This document shows, one piece after another, positions 37,548 through 45,853 of a stretch of 45,853 bases of DNA. The position numbers and the translations under genes were made by a program. The DNA is from an uncultured Erysipelotrichaceae bacterium (GTDB lineage Bacteria > Bacillota_I > Bacilli_A > Erysipelotrichales > Erysipelotrichaceae). Below the pieces are notes generated by a model that saw only the letters and a program-made list of their open reading frames with translations, ran no database searches and was not told the DNA's origin. Numbering within the stretch: position 1 is the stretch's first letter; each line of letters starts with the position of its first letter. The stretch spans positions 1 to 45,853 of the forward strand of contig CAYMGC010000002.1 of NCBI GenBank assembly GCA_964389885.1, given 5' to 3'.

Positions 37548-38885
37548 TTATATCTTGATCACTTTCGCAATGCGTTTTCTTAAAAAGTAGGCTTCTTTGT
37601 CATGGTTTTGACATTCGTGTTCATAAAGAAGCGCTTTGAGTAAAAAATGAGCCAGTTCAGCTTGTAAACGATCTTCTAAAATCAAATGACTCACAATTTC
37701 CTCACACTTCATTTCAAAATCCGCTTTGCTTTTAAACAATAAGGCATGAAAAGCCTCGAGCAAAAATTGGTCCCGCTCTTTGGAGTCGCTTAAAGCGTCT
37801 TTCATTTTTCGATAGCGCGCTTTGGCTTGAGCCAGTTGCCCCAGACGATAATTCGCATAAATCGAAAAAATAAGATTGCGCCCTTCATGAGCACAGCCAA
37901 AACGTTCTTCAATGCGATCGGCCTCTTCTAGGACTTGTTCATAGTCTTCTTTCATCAAATAGCACCAAAGAATGCTGTTATAAACCGAAATTCGTGGAGA
38001 GGACAATTGAAATCGTTCCACATTGTGTAGAATCGCTTTAAAACGTTCAAGGGCTGCATCGTATTCCTCCAACATTACCCAAAAAATTCCTTCCAAATTA
38101 TCCAAAAAGATCATCCGAATATAGTTCATATCTTTTTGAAAAATTTCCCGTAATAGGCCAATAAGTCGATAAGTATGGGATAAATGGCAATTATGAATAG
38201 TGGAGCGAATTAAAAAATAACCCACTAAACCATGCAAGTGACGAAATACTTCACGACTCGTCATGGAAAAAAGATTGTTGACGTAAGATTCAATAGCCAT
38301 GAGTTGTCCGTTGTATTCAAGCCATGCTACTTGTACGTAGTAATACACTTCTTTTAATTCCTCAGGAAAAGAAGGAAAGGCCTTTTCTAAATAGGATTGA
38401 CCTTGAAAAATGGAAGCATGTAAAGTGGGGTCTTCGGCTTGCAAATCGATTAAGACTTCTAAGGTGAGCAAATAATAATATCGGTCATCAAACGTTTGAT
38501 GACGATCAAAGTGATAGGTTAAAAATTCTTGATAAACCGCTTCTTGTTCGTTGATGTCGTAAAAATAACAGGCGGTAATGAAGCGTTGAATAAGAGCTAT
38601 AATTTCTGGAATGTTTTTTTGAAACGTTTCCTGATAGGAAGCGTTCATAAAATACATTCCTTTTTTTAAAGCCGCTAAAGAAAACTTGCGTATACCTTGT
38701 TCCGCTTCCCACATCGTGCCTTTAGAAACTCCAATAGCTTGAGCGACGGCTTCAAGAGAATAACCACGCTCTAAACGAACTTGCCGAAATAAGCAACCAT
38801 ATAAGGTTTGGATTTCTTTTTTTTTGATCTCTTTAAAAGAAGGATTGGATTGTCTTTTGATGTCCATAGGTCCATGTTGGCCCAT
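37548..38885 (-). CDS. Second XRE-HTH plus TPR-like regulator, paralog of 33229-34626 (start uncertain)
   Basis: FRQVRLERGYSLEAVAQ HTH; shares NYxRxIxLD..EG, WCYLM..D and YRLGQ with the first copy. Confidence 0.75.
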   Translation of the reverse strand: MGQHGPMDIKRQSNPSFKEIKKKEIQTLYGCLFRQVRLERGYSLEAVAQAIGVSKGTMWEAEQGIRKFSLAALKKGMYFMNASYQETFQKNIPEIIALIQRFITACYFYDINEQEAVYQEFLTYHFDRHQTFDDRYYYLLTLEVLIDLQAEDPTLHASIFQGQSYLEKAFPSFPEELKEVYYYVQVAWLEYNGQLMAIESYVNNLFSMTSREVFRHLHGLVGYFLIRSTIHNCHLSHTYRLIGLLREIFQKDMNYIRMIFLDNLEGIFWVMLEEYDAALERFKAILHNVERFQLSSPRISVYNSILWCYLMKEDYEQVLEEADRIEERFGCAHEGRNLIFSIYANYRLGQLAQAKARYRKMKDALSDSKERDQFLLEAFHALLFKSKADFEMKCEEIVSHLILEDRLQAELAHFLLKALLYEHECQNHDKEAYFLRKRIAKVIKI

Positions 38886-39035
38886 TTTGGGCGCTGTATT
38901 GGGATAAACTTTTTCTATTTTGGATCCTTTTAAGTCTTTGGCTTTTAGTTTACCTCTTTTTAAAAATAAAAAAGCCCAAGAACGGTCTTGAGCTTTTGTT
39001 TTTTGGAAAAAGTGAAAAGAAATTCCTTAGGATTT

Positions 39036-41420
39036 TTAATTCTTTTTAGAATGCGCTTGAATTTGACGCGCCATTCCAGGATCCAATTTAGCAACCTTTG
39101 CCAAAATTTTAGTCCAATTGAGGCGCCATAAAATCCAAAGAACACTTTCTTCTAAAATGGCCAATAAAGCCAATACCGCAAAAAGCATCCATGAAAGCTT
39201 CTCGAGTAAGAAAACAGAAGGAAGAAGTAAAAGCGCTCCGACCATTAATCCTATCGAACCAAGAACCACACCTAAACGCAAAGGCGAAGGAGGAAAACAA
39301 ATGAGGGCCAATACCCCAAGACTGTTGAGAGCCGCTAGCCATGTGCAAATGGTTTGATATTGTTCTAAGCTCAGATCAAAAGGACCATGGATAAAAATAC
39401 CATAGGCCATCATAATGCCAAAGGTAATGGCTAAGGCTCCAGGCAAGGCGCGGGAAAGTACACTGATTAAAAAATTTCCCTTGGGCCGTTTGGTATCGTT
39501 TTCGAAAGTTAAAAAGAAGGCAGGAATGCCAATACCAGCGGAAGAAATTAAAGTGAGCTGAATAGGAACAAAAGGATATACCTTCATCCAAACAACCGTT
39601 AATAAGGTGACAAAGAAAGAAAATAACGTCTTAACCAAGAATAAGGAAGCCGTGCGTTGGATATTATTAATCACGCGACGGCCTTCCAATAAAATTTGGG
39701 GTAAAGCCGAAAATTGGTCTTCCAACAACACCATCGAAGCCACTGCCATCGCCGCTTGGGCACCACTTCCCATCGCAATGGAGCAGTCGGCTTGTTTTAA
39801 AGCCATGACATCATTGACGCCGTCTCCCGTCATCGCCACCATGTGGCCTTGGTTTTGAAGAGCTTCTACCATGAGCTTTTTTTGAATGGGGGTGACGCGA
39901 CCAAAGATAGAATACTTTTCCACCACTTGAGGAATTTGAGCCTCAGAAATGGTTGACATATCAATCGCTTGACCATGGACTCCTGCTTTTTGAGCGATAG
40001 CTTGTACCGTTTCCGTCATATCGCCGGAAATCACTTTTAAAGCCACATCTTGTTGGTGAAAGTAGTCTAAAATTTTCGCTGCATTGGGTCGGATTTCGTC
40101 TTCAATTAAAACAAAGCCACGCAGTTCATAATTGCCCTTTTGAAGTTTTTCGAGGGGTTTACTTTTTGCCAACACCAACACACGCAATCCTTGGTTGGCC
40201 CATTGCTCGATTTGCGCGAGTACTTTTGGATCCAAATCTTGAAATAAAAATCGATAAGCTCCCATCAAAAGCGATTCGTGTTCAAAGGAAGCCCCTGAGC
40301 TTTTCCATTCTGAGGAAAAAGGAAAGGTTTTGACAGGGCTTTGGGTGGGTTTTGTGCCTTCAATGGCTTTACGTATAGCTTGAGAGGTCAAATTGTCATC
40401 CTGTAAAGCATTTAAGATATTGGCCAAATCCACTTTCATTTCCTCTTTGCTGACTCCCAAAACGGGAACAAAATCATACACATCCATCGCCCCACTTGTG
40501 ATCGTGCCTGTTTTATCTAAACAAAGCGTATCGACGCGGGCTAAACTTTCAATGCAATAGAGTTCATGAATCAATACTGCCTTACGAGCCATTTTTACCG
40601 CTGCAGTGGCTAGAGCTGTGGACGTTAAAATAATAAGTCCTTCGGGAATCATGCCAATCATGGAGGCCGTAACATTTAAAAGCGCTGCATTAAGCGAGGT
40701 CGCTTGGCCAAAGAAGTAAAGCTTACAAAATAAGAGAATACCGGCGGGAAAAATAATAATGGAACAAAATTGAATCAAGCGATCTAGAGTATCACGCAAT
40801 TGGCTAGGAAACTGCTTTTCACGTTTGGCTTCTTTGACAATTGAAGCCATGTATTGGGCATTGCCCACTAAAGCAGCTTGCATCACACAACTGCCGCTCA
40901 TGACAAAGCAACCACCATAAATCGTTTGGCCAGGATCGCGTTCCAAGGCATCGGATTCTCCAGTCAAGGGGCTTTCATTCACCTGACAAGCGCCCGCCCG
41001 AATGACTCCATCGCAAGGAATTTGGGCTCCAGCACTTAGCTTAACCAAATCTCCTTCCACAATGTCATCTGAAGCCAATTCCTCATACTGGCCATTGCGC
41101 AAAACGGGATACTTTTGAGCATGAACCAAAGCCAATTGATTTAAAATGCGTCGGGAATGGATTTTTTGGTATAAACCAATAACCGTATTGGAAAGCACAA
41201 CCAGCATGAACAATAAGTTGCGATAGCTTCTTGTCAAAATAACTAAGAAGGCCAAAATATAGTTAACGATATTGAAAAATGAAAAAAATTCCTCGGCCAC
41301 AAGCCTACCGATGGATTTTTGGGGATTGGAATCGATGGTGTTTTTGGGAGCAACCGCCACTTGGGCTTGGGTCAAGCCGGTTGCTAGATCGGTTTCCTTT
41401 TGTAAATGAATGGGTGTCAT
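39036..41420 (-). CDS. Cation-transporting P-type ATPase (CtpE-like)
   Basis: LTGES, MIPEGL, DKTGTIT, ISGD, MTGDGVND. Confidence 0.93.
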   Translation of the reverse strand: MTPIHLQKETDLATGLTQAQVAVAPKNTIDSNPQKSIGRLVAEEFFSFFNIVNYILAFLVILTRSYRNLLFMLVVLSNTVIGLYQKIHSRRILNQLALVHAQKYPVLRNGQYEELASDDIVEGDLVKLSAGAQIPCDGVIRAGACQVNESPLTGESDALERDPGQTIYGGCFVMSGSCVMQAALVGNAQYMASIVKEAKREKQFPSQLRDTLDRLIQFCSIIIFPAGILLFCKLYFFGQATSLNAALLNVTASMIGMIPEGLIILTSTALATAAVKMARKAVLIHELYCIESLARVDTLCLDKTGTITSGAMDVYDFVPVLGVSKEEMKVDLANILNALQDDNLTSQAIRKAIEGTKPTQSPVKTFPFSSEWKSSGASFEHESLLMGAYRFLFQDLDPKVLAQIEQWANQGLRVLVLAKSKPLEKLQKGNYELRGFVLIEDEIRPNAAKILDYFHQQDVALKVISGDMTETVQAIAQKAGVHGQAIDMSTISEAQIPQVVEKYSIFGRVTPIQKKLMVEALQNQGHMVAMTGDGVNDVMALKQADCSIAMGSGAQAAMAVASMVLLEDQFSALPQILLEGRRVINNIQRTASLFLVKTLFSFFVTLLTVVWMKVYPFVPIQLTLISSAGIGIPAFFLTFENDTKRPKGNFLISVLSRALPGALAITFGIMMAYGIFIHGPFDLSLEQYQTICTWLAALNSLGVLALICFPPSPLRLGVVLGSIGLMVGALLLLPSVFLLEKLSWMLFAVLALLAILEESVLWILWRLNWTKILAKVAKLDPGMARQIQAHSKKN

Positions 41421-41606
41421 AATTTTATTGTAATAAGTCCATTCTAAAACAACCTTCCAAGCGTCTTACTTTTCCTAATCGGGAATAGCAAATTTCTTGG
41501 TAACAACTACAAGTGACGATCTTTTCCATCACTTTAAAATCAAAGGACGCACTTATTAACGCCTACTTTTGCTTTTGGCTTATATTCTTGTCTTTCTTTT
41601 AAATTT

Positions 41607-42278
41607 TTAAGAGCCATTTTGTTTTAAAAATTCAATATCCTGAATAGAGGTAATTTTTTGGTTGGTGAGTTCCCCTGGAATTAACCGACTTGGAATGCCA
41701 AAGACGGTTTCGATGGCCATGGCATCATCGGTTACTTCCAAATTCTTGTTTAAAACGTGTTGTAAAGCTTCTTGAATAAGAGGGGTGGAAAACGCTTGTG
41801 GAGTTTGAATGGCGCGCAAGTGAGAGCGTTTGGGAGTATAGACTACATACCCTTCTTCATTGATTTCTTTGATGGTATCCACCACTTCAATTCCTGGCAC
41901 CACAGCTTGGTCCTGAGCTAGGGAATTTTTTAGACGCTCTATTAAATCGGAAGTAAAAAAAGGACGAGCCCCATCGTGAATGAATACATAGGGTAAAGTC
42001 ACGAAGGAAAGACCTGAAGCCACCGATTCGGCTCGCGTGTTTCCTCCAATGGCAAAAGTGATTCGCTTGGTATCCAAGGATTGAAAAAGAGTTTGAAAAA
42101 TATCCAATTCGGATGCCGCACATACCACTACGATTTGTTGACAGGCCGAATCCTCTAAAAAGCGTTCAATGGAATGTTGGACAATAGGTTTATCTTGATA
42201 AGGAAAAAGGACTTTGTTGTAGGAAAGGCCACTGCGACTTCCTTTGCCCGCGGCCACAATCACAGCTGCATAGTTCAT
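41607..42278 (-). CDS. ispD: 2-C-methyl-D-erythritol 4-phosphate cytidylyltransferase
   Basis: VAAGKGSR, GGNTRAESV, IHDGARPF, QTPQAF, TDDA, NQKIT; start MNYAA likely (GTG at 42311 is the alternative). Confidence 0.92.
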   Translation of the reverse strand: MNYAAVIVAAGKGSRSGLSYNKVLFPYQDKPIVQHSIERFLEDSACQQIVVVCAASELDIFQTLFQSLDTKRITFAIGGNTRAESVASGLSFVTLPYVFIHDGARPFFTSDLIERLKNSLAQDQAVVPGIEVVDTIKEINEEGYVVYTPKRSHLRAIQTPQAFSTPLIQEALQHVLNKNLEVTDDAMAIETVFGIPSRLIPGELTNQKITSIQDIEFLKQNGS

Positions 42279-42394
42279 GCCTTTAGTGTAATCGGCTAAG
42301 CTTTCTTTCACTATCTTTTGAGTCTGAAAAAAAAGGGATCTTTAGCCAAACAAGCTAAACATCCCGAAGATCCATACAACTTTTTACCTTATGG

Positions 42395-42949
42395 CTAACG
42401 TTGGCGATGAATCATTTCGATCCAAATTTTTCGTAAGCCACACTTGTAAGTCAATAAAACCCCCGCAATGGCTCCAATTAATCCTTGAGCAATTTCATAG
42501 GGAAGCTTCAACATAGCATATTCAAAAGTGGAATAAATAAAGATTTTGCCGAGGGTATAGCCAACCACTAAAATAACGCATCCTAAAGCGGCACCCAAAA
42601 TTGCTCCATAAATGGGCTTCTTTTGAAACGTATTGTGGGCACACCAACTGATTACAAAAGCTTGTAATCCATGAACGACTAAAGACACATACATAGGGGT
42701 CGGATAAAATAAGGCATCCCCTAAAAACGATCCAAGGCCTCCAACAAGCATAGCGCCAATCGGATCAAGCAAAATGGAGGCGGTCACGATAGCAATATCA
42801 CAAAGATAAAGCTTTCCACCAGGGACTGGAACACCAAAGCTCGATAACAAAATTACTAAACTCATGAACAAACCACAAGCTGTGATCCACAATACAGAAT
42901 CACGGCGAGGGACGGTCAAGTTGGACCGGTTTGAAGAGGTCATCAACAT
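42395..42949 (-). CDS. ECF transporter S component, probably vitamin B6-related
   Basis: About 5-6 TM segments, PVPGGxxYLCD, GGLGSFLGD; divergent from a MocR/PdxR regulator. Confidence 0.82.
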   Translation of the reverse strand: MLMTSSNRSNLTVPRRDSVLWITACGLFMSLVILLSSFGVPVPGGKLYLCDIAIVTASILLDPIGAMLVGGLGSFLGDALFYPTPMYVSLVVHGLQAFVISWCAHNTFQKKPIYGAILGAALGCVILVVGYTLGKIFIYSTFEYAMLKLPYEIAQGLIGAIAGVLLTYKCGLRKIWIEMIHRQR

Positions 42950-43103
42950 AGTTTTTATTCCTTTCGTCTTCTTTTGTTTCTAGCCACTCAAATAGAGGGC
43001 TTTTTTTATGGGCCCATGATTTTGGTTTTTTATGTATGAATAAGAGTATACTCGTATCTGATATGATAAAAAGATTCAAATTTAGGAAAAAGGAGCAGAC
43101 CAG

Positions 43104-44201
43104 ATGATTAGCTATACTCTTACTTCTCCCCTCTTTCAATCGCTTTATCAAGCGATACGGCAGGACATTGAAAAAGGCGTCTTGGCAGCTGGAAGTAAAT
43201 TGCCTTCCAAACGCCAATACGCCTTAGATTTACATCTTTCCCTTTCGACCGTTGAACAAGCTTTAGATGTTTTAGAACAAGAAGGATATATTTTGGCAAA
43301 ACCCCGAAAAGGCTATTTTGTAGTTCCAGGAAATCAACGCCTGCGTGATGGCTTTCAACTTAAAGCTTTAGCTCAAGATGTGCCCACTCCTGACCCCGAT
43401 TTTCCAGTATCGCTTTGGTTTAAAACCATGCGTTTGGTGATGAGTCGCGACCAAGATTTCTTAACCCAAACATCTCCAGCGGCGGGCAGTGCTCGATTGC
43501 GCAATGTCATTGCTCAATACCTCCATGAAAATCGTCAGATGATGGTTCAACCGCATCAAATTGTCATTGCTTCTGGAGCCCAAGAGTTGTATGCCATTTT
43601 GTGTCGGATGTTTAAACAAGATTTTCATGTAGCCATTGAAAATCCTGGTTATCCCGTAATTGAACACATTTATACTTCTTCCAATGCCAAAATTGAACGC
43701 TTACCTCTAGATGAAGATGGCATTGAGCCCAATGCCCTTTTTCAAGCAACAAGTCGATTTCTTCATGTATCGCCTTTTTCAAGTTTTCCCGCAGGGATTA
43801 TGGCCTCTGCTGCGCGTAGACGGCTTTACCTTTCTTGGGTTCAAAAACAAAATGGGTATTTAATTGAAGACGACTACAATTCCGAATTTTTTCAACATGG
43901 ACCAGTTTTACAAACGCTCTATGCCATGGATTCCACCAATCGAGTCATTTACCTGAATACTTTTTCGAAGTCTCTTTCCCCTTCCTTACGTCTAGGCTAC
44001 ATGGTGCTACCAGAATCGTTGGTGGAACAATACGAAAAAACCGCTGGGAAATTGGCCTGCACCGTTACGATGCTAGAACAATTTACCCTAGCGGAATTTA
44101 TTGAAAATGGGAGTTTTGAACGATTGATTGTTCGCCGTCGGCGTCATCAAAGAGGCGCATCAAAAAGGGTATTGGGCAATTCAGCCGTATGCCACGATTG
44201 A
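43104..44201 (+). CDS. MocR/GabR (PdxR-like) GntR regulator with PLP-binding domain
   Basis: KLPSKR wHTH, ENPGY, IEDDYNSEF, TFSKSLSPSLRLGY. Confidence 0.9.
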   Translation: MISYTLTSPLFQSLYQAIRQDIEKGVLAAGSKLPSKRQYALDLHLSLSTVEQALDVLEQEGYILAKPRKGYFVVPGNQRLRDGFQLKALAQDVPTPDPDFPVSLWFKTMRLVMSRDQDFLTQTSPAAGSARLRNVIAQYLHENRQMMVQPHQIVIASGAQELYAILCRMFKQDFHVAIENPGYPVIEHIYTSSNAKIERLPLDEDGIEPNALFQATSRFLHVSPFSSFPAGIMASAARRRLYLSWVQKQNGYLIEDDYNSEFFQHGPVLQTLYAMDSTNRVIYLNTFSKSLSPSLRLGYMVLPESLVEQYEKTAGKLACTVTMLEQFTLAEFIENGSFERLIVRRRRHQRGASKRVLGNSAVCHD

Positions 44202-45445
44202 TACACTACATTGCTTTTGGGATCTTGATAAGCTTGGGTGAAAAATTCAAAAAATTCACCAGGAGTGTTGATGCCTTTTGGTAAAGCGTATTGGTTGCGA
44301 TCCAGTTCATGCAACAAGCTAGAGGTAAACAAAGAGCAGTTATTACCCAAAACCCAATACGTTTTCCAAATTCCTTTCCGGAATTTATAAAACTTACTTC
44401 CCGTTCGCCAATACAAGCGACAAGTGTAATCACTTTGTAGCTTTTCAAAGTTTTCTTTGGTCATGGCTTCTCGAGAAAGAGGACAATACCAACGATAGGT
44501 TTCTTGCTCAATTTGGTCCAATAATTCTTGAAGATGTTTTTCTTGATCTTCTGTTAAATGAATGCCAAATTCAAAGATCGTACTGTCTTCATAGACACAC
44601 GAATTGTTGACATAAATTTCCATCGGGACGGTAAATAAAATGCCAGGTCCAAGAGTTCGAAACATCTTCTCTTCCGCTACATCATAGTTACCATACGAAT
44701 ACATGATGCCTTTATAGGAGAAGGTCATATGACCGACTTGGTGGTCACCAGTAAGTCCTGTATGAACAAATACTCGTAAATTAATGGGTTCATTGTTTTT
44801 ATAGGCATCGAAAGGGAAAGAATCCACATCCATTTTCTTTTTGTGGGCTAAGCGCAAAATAATGGCTGGTCCAGCCGCTACTACATAAACCGGTAAAGCA
44901 TTCCAATACCGAAATGACCAAGTGCGTGAACCAGAATGACTTTGAAAGACATATAACTCGGCAATGAGTTGTAACCCTTGATAAATAAAGTAGCAACCAA
45001 TACTGATTTGTAACAACTCAACATCTTCTTTGGCATTGGTTAAAAGCACAATTCCAAACACCAATCCAGCCAATCCAATGAGTAAAAAAGGAATCCCCGT
45101 TTTGGACTTTTCTTTTAAATCCATGATCCCTTCAATCATTAAAATGGCTCCTGTACCAATCATGTACCAGCCAAAGAGTACCGAAACAAAGACGACGCCT
45201 TCCGCTCGATACCCCCATAAAAAGCCTGCTAAAACGCCTGCTACAATTCCTTTCAACAATTCCATGACGTTTTTTAACTTCCAGGCTTGCCACAGCAATA
45301 ACAGGGCGGAAACGGTACATAAAATGGACAAGGCAATCATCAATCCATCGGCCAATCGATAAGGAAACAAAAGACAAAATAGGCCAAAGACAATCAAAAC
45401 CAGCCCGCCAATCCATTCAAGCTTTTCTTGTTGTTTTAACTTCAT
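44147..45445 (-). CDS. HdeD/DUF308-like membrane domain fused to a soluble C-terminal domain
   Basis: Six Gly-rich TM helices, then a domain with GH...SYGNY...NNC; start MKLKQQ. Confidence 0.75.
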   Translation of the reverse strand: MKLKQQEKLEWIGGLVLIVFGLFCLLFPYRLADGLMIALSILCTVSALLLLWQAWKLKNVMELLKGIVAGVLAGFLWGYRAEGVVFVSVLFGWYMIGTGAILMIEGIMDLKEKSKTGIPFLLIGLAGLVFGIVLLTNAKEDVELLQISIGCYFIYQGLQLIAELYVFQSHSGSRTWSFRYWNALPVYVVAAGPAIILRLAHKKKMDVDSFPFDAYKNNEPINLRVFVHTGLTGDHQVGHMTFSYKGIMYSYGNYDVAEEKMFRTLGPGILFTVPMEIYVNNSCVYEDSTIFEFGIHLTEDQEKHLQELLDQIEQETYRWYCPLSREAMTKENFEKLQSDYTCRLYWRTGSKFYKFRKGIWKTYWVLGNNCSLFTSSLLHELDRNQYALPKGINTPGEFFEFFTQAYQDPKSNVVYQSWHTAELPNTLFDAPL

Positions 45446-45619
45446 ATCCTTATTTTTCCATAGAAAAAGGGAATTTATTTTTGAGTGCCCGAAAAGCCCC
45501 ATAAAAATCACAAACTTTTAAATAGAAAAAGTTGACTTTTTTCCGCCTTGTAATGGATACACTTCTATAGTTTTTAGATCTATTTATTTCATTTGATTTT
45601 CAGTTTCGTTTAGTCCAGA

Positions 45620-45656
45620 AAAAAACTCCTACAGGCCAACAGTTTCTGTAGGAGTT
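45620..45656 (-). terminator. Intrinsic terminator
   Basis: AACTCCTACAG...CTGTAGGAGTT with an A run on +. Confidence 0.8.
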
Positions 45657-45683
45657 AAGAGTGAAGATAAGCTTTAAGTAGAA

Positions 45684-45853
45684 TTAATTCTCTTCAGAAT
45701 CGGTTAATCCATACCAAGCGGTTCCTTCATAGGTCCACCCTTGTTTTACCAATTCATCGCGTTCCAATTCATTCACAGTGTAATGATGAGAACCTGCACC
45801 TTGCGCATAAGGATTGTAAAGGCGATGGAGAAGAATGATGTTTTCATCTTCCG
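45684..45853 (-). CDS. 3' end of a secreted/surface protein with a DUF5648-like repeat (partial)
   Basis: Hand translation ...LHRLYNPYAQGAGSHHYTVNELERDELVKQGWTYEGTAWYGLTDSEEN*. Confidence 0.8.
   Translation of the reverse strand, partial: EDENIILLHRLYNPYAQGAGSHHYTVNELERDELVKQGWTYEGTAWYGLTDSEEN

Noticed and set aside
1-45853. tRNA, rRNA, prophage or defence genes
   Set aside because: None recognised by eye; dedicated scans would be needed to exclude them.

Overview
AT-rich Firmicutes chromosomal segment, most likely Erysipelotrichaceae (inferred from AGAAAGG-type Shine-Dalgarno sites, the NadD-YqeK fusion and a D-Ala-D-Ser-type ligase/racemase pair). It is mostly housekeeping: glxK, coaBC, coaX, panE-like, nth, dnaD, mtnN, the yqeG-yqeH-yhbY-nadD/yqeK-rsfS-yqeM operon, murF, hit, cyclophilin, recG, a P-type ATPase, ispD and a PdxR/ECF pair. 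Accessory content includes a triplicated 86-aa gene, two unannotated 35-aa membrane peptides, a sortase-C pilus operon, a K/S/T-rich protein, two HTH-TPR regulators and a decayed IS607 tnpA/tnpB element. Most striking observations: (1) a 35-38-nt hairpin with covarying stems and a shared loop motif sits between the Shine-Dalgarno and the AUG of three unrelated genes (glxK, nadD, an FAD oxidoreductase), a candidate new translation-initiation element or switch; (2) a murF-ligase-racemase-membrane protein cluster with D-Ala-D-Ser (VanC/G/L-type, split VanT) signatures; (3) a candidate ~105-nt sRNA with three C-rich motifs; (4) an IS607 relic inserted exactly between the SD and start codon of hit, retaining an omegaRNA-like right end. 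All calls are by eye; no searches or folding programs were run.
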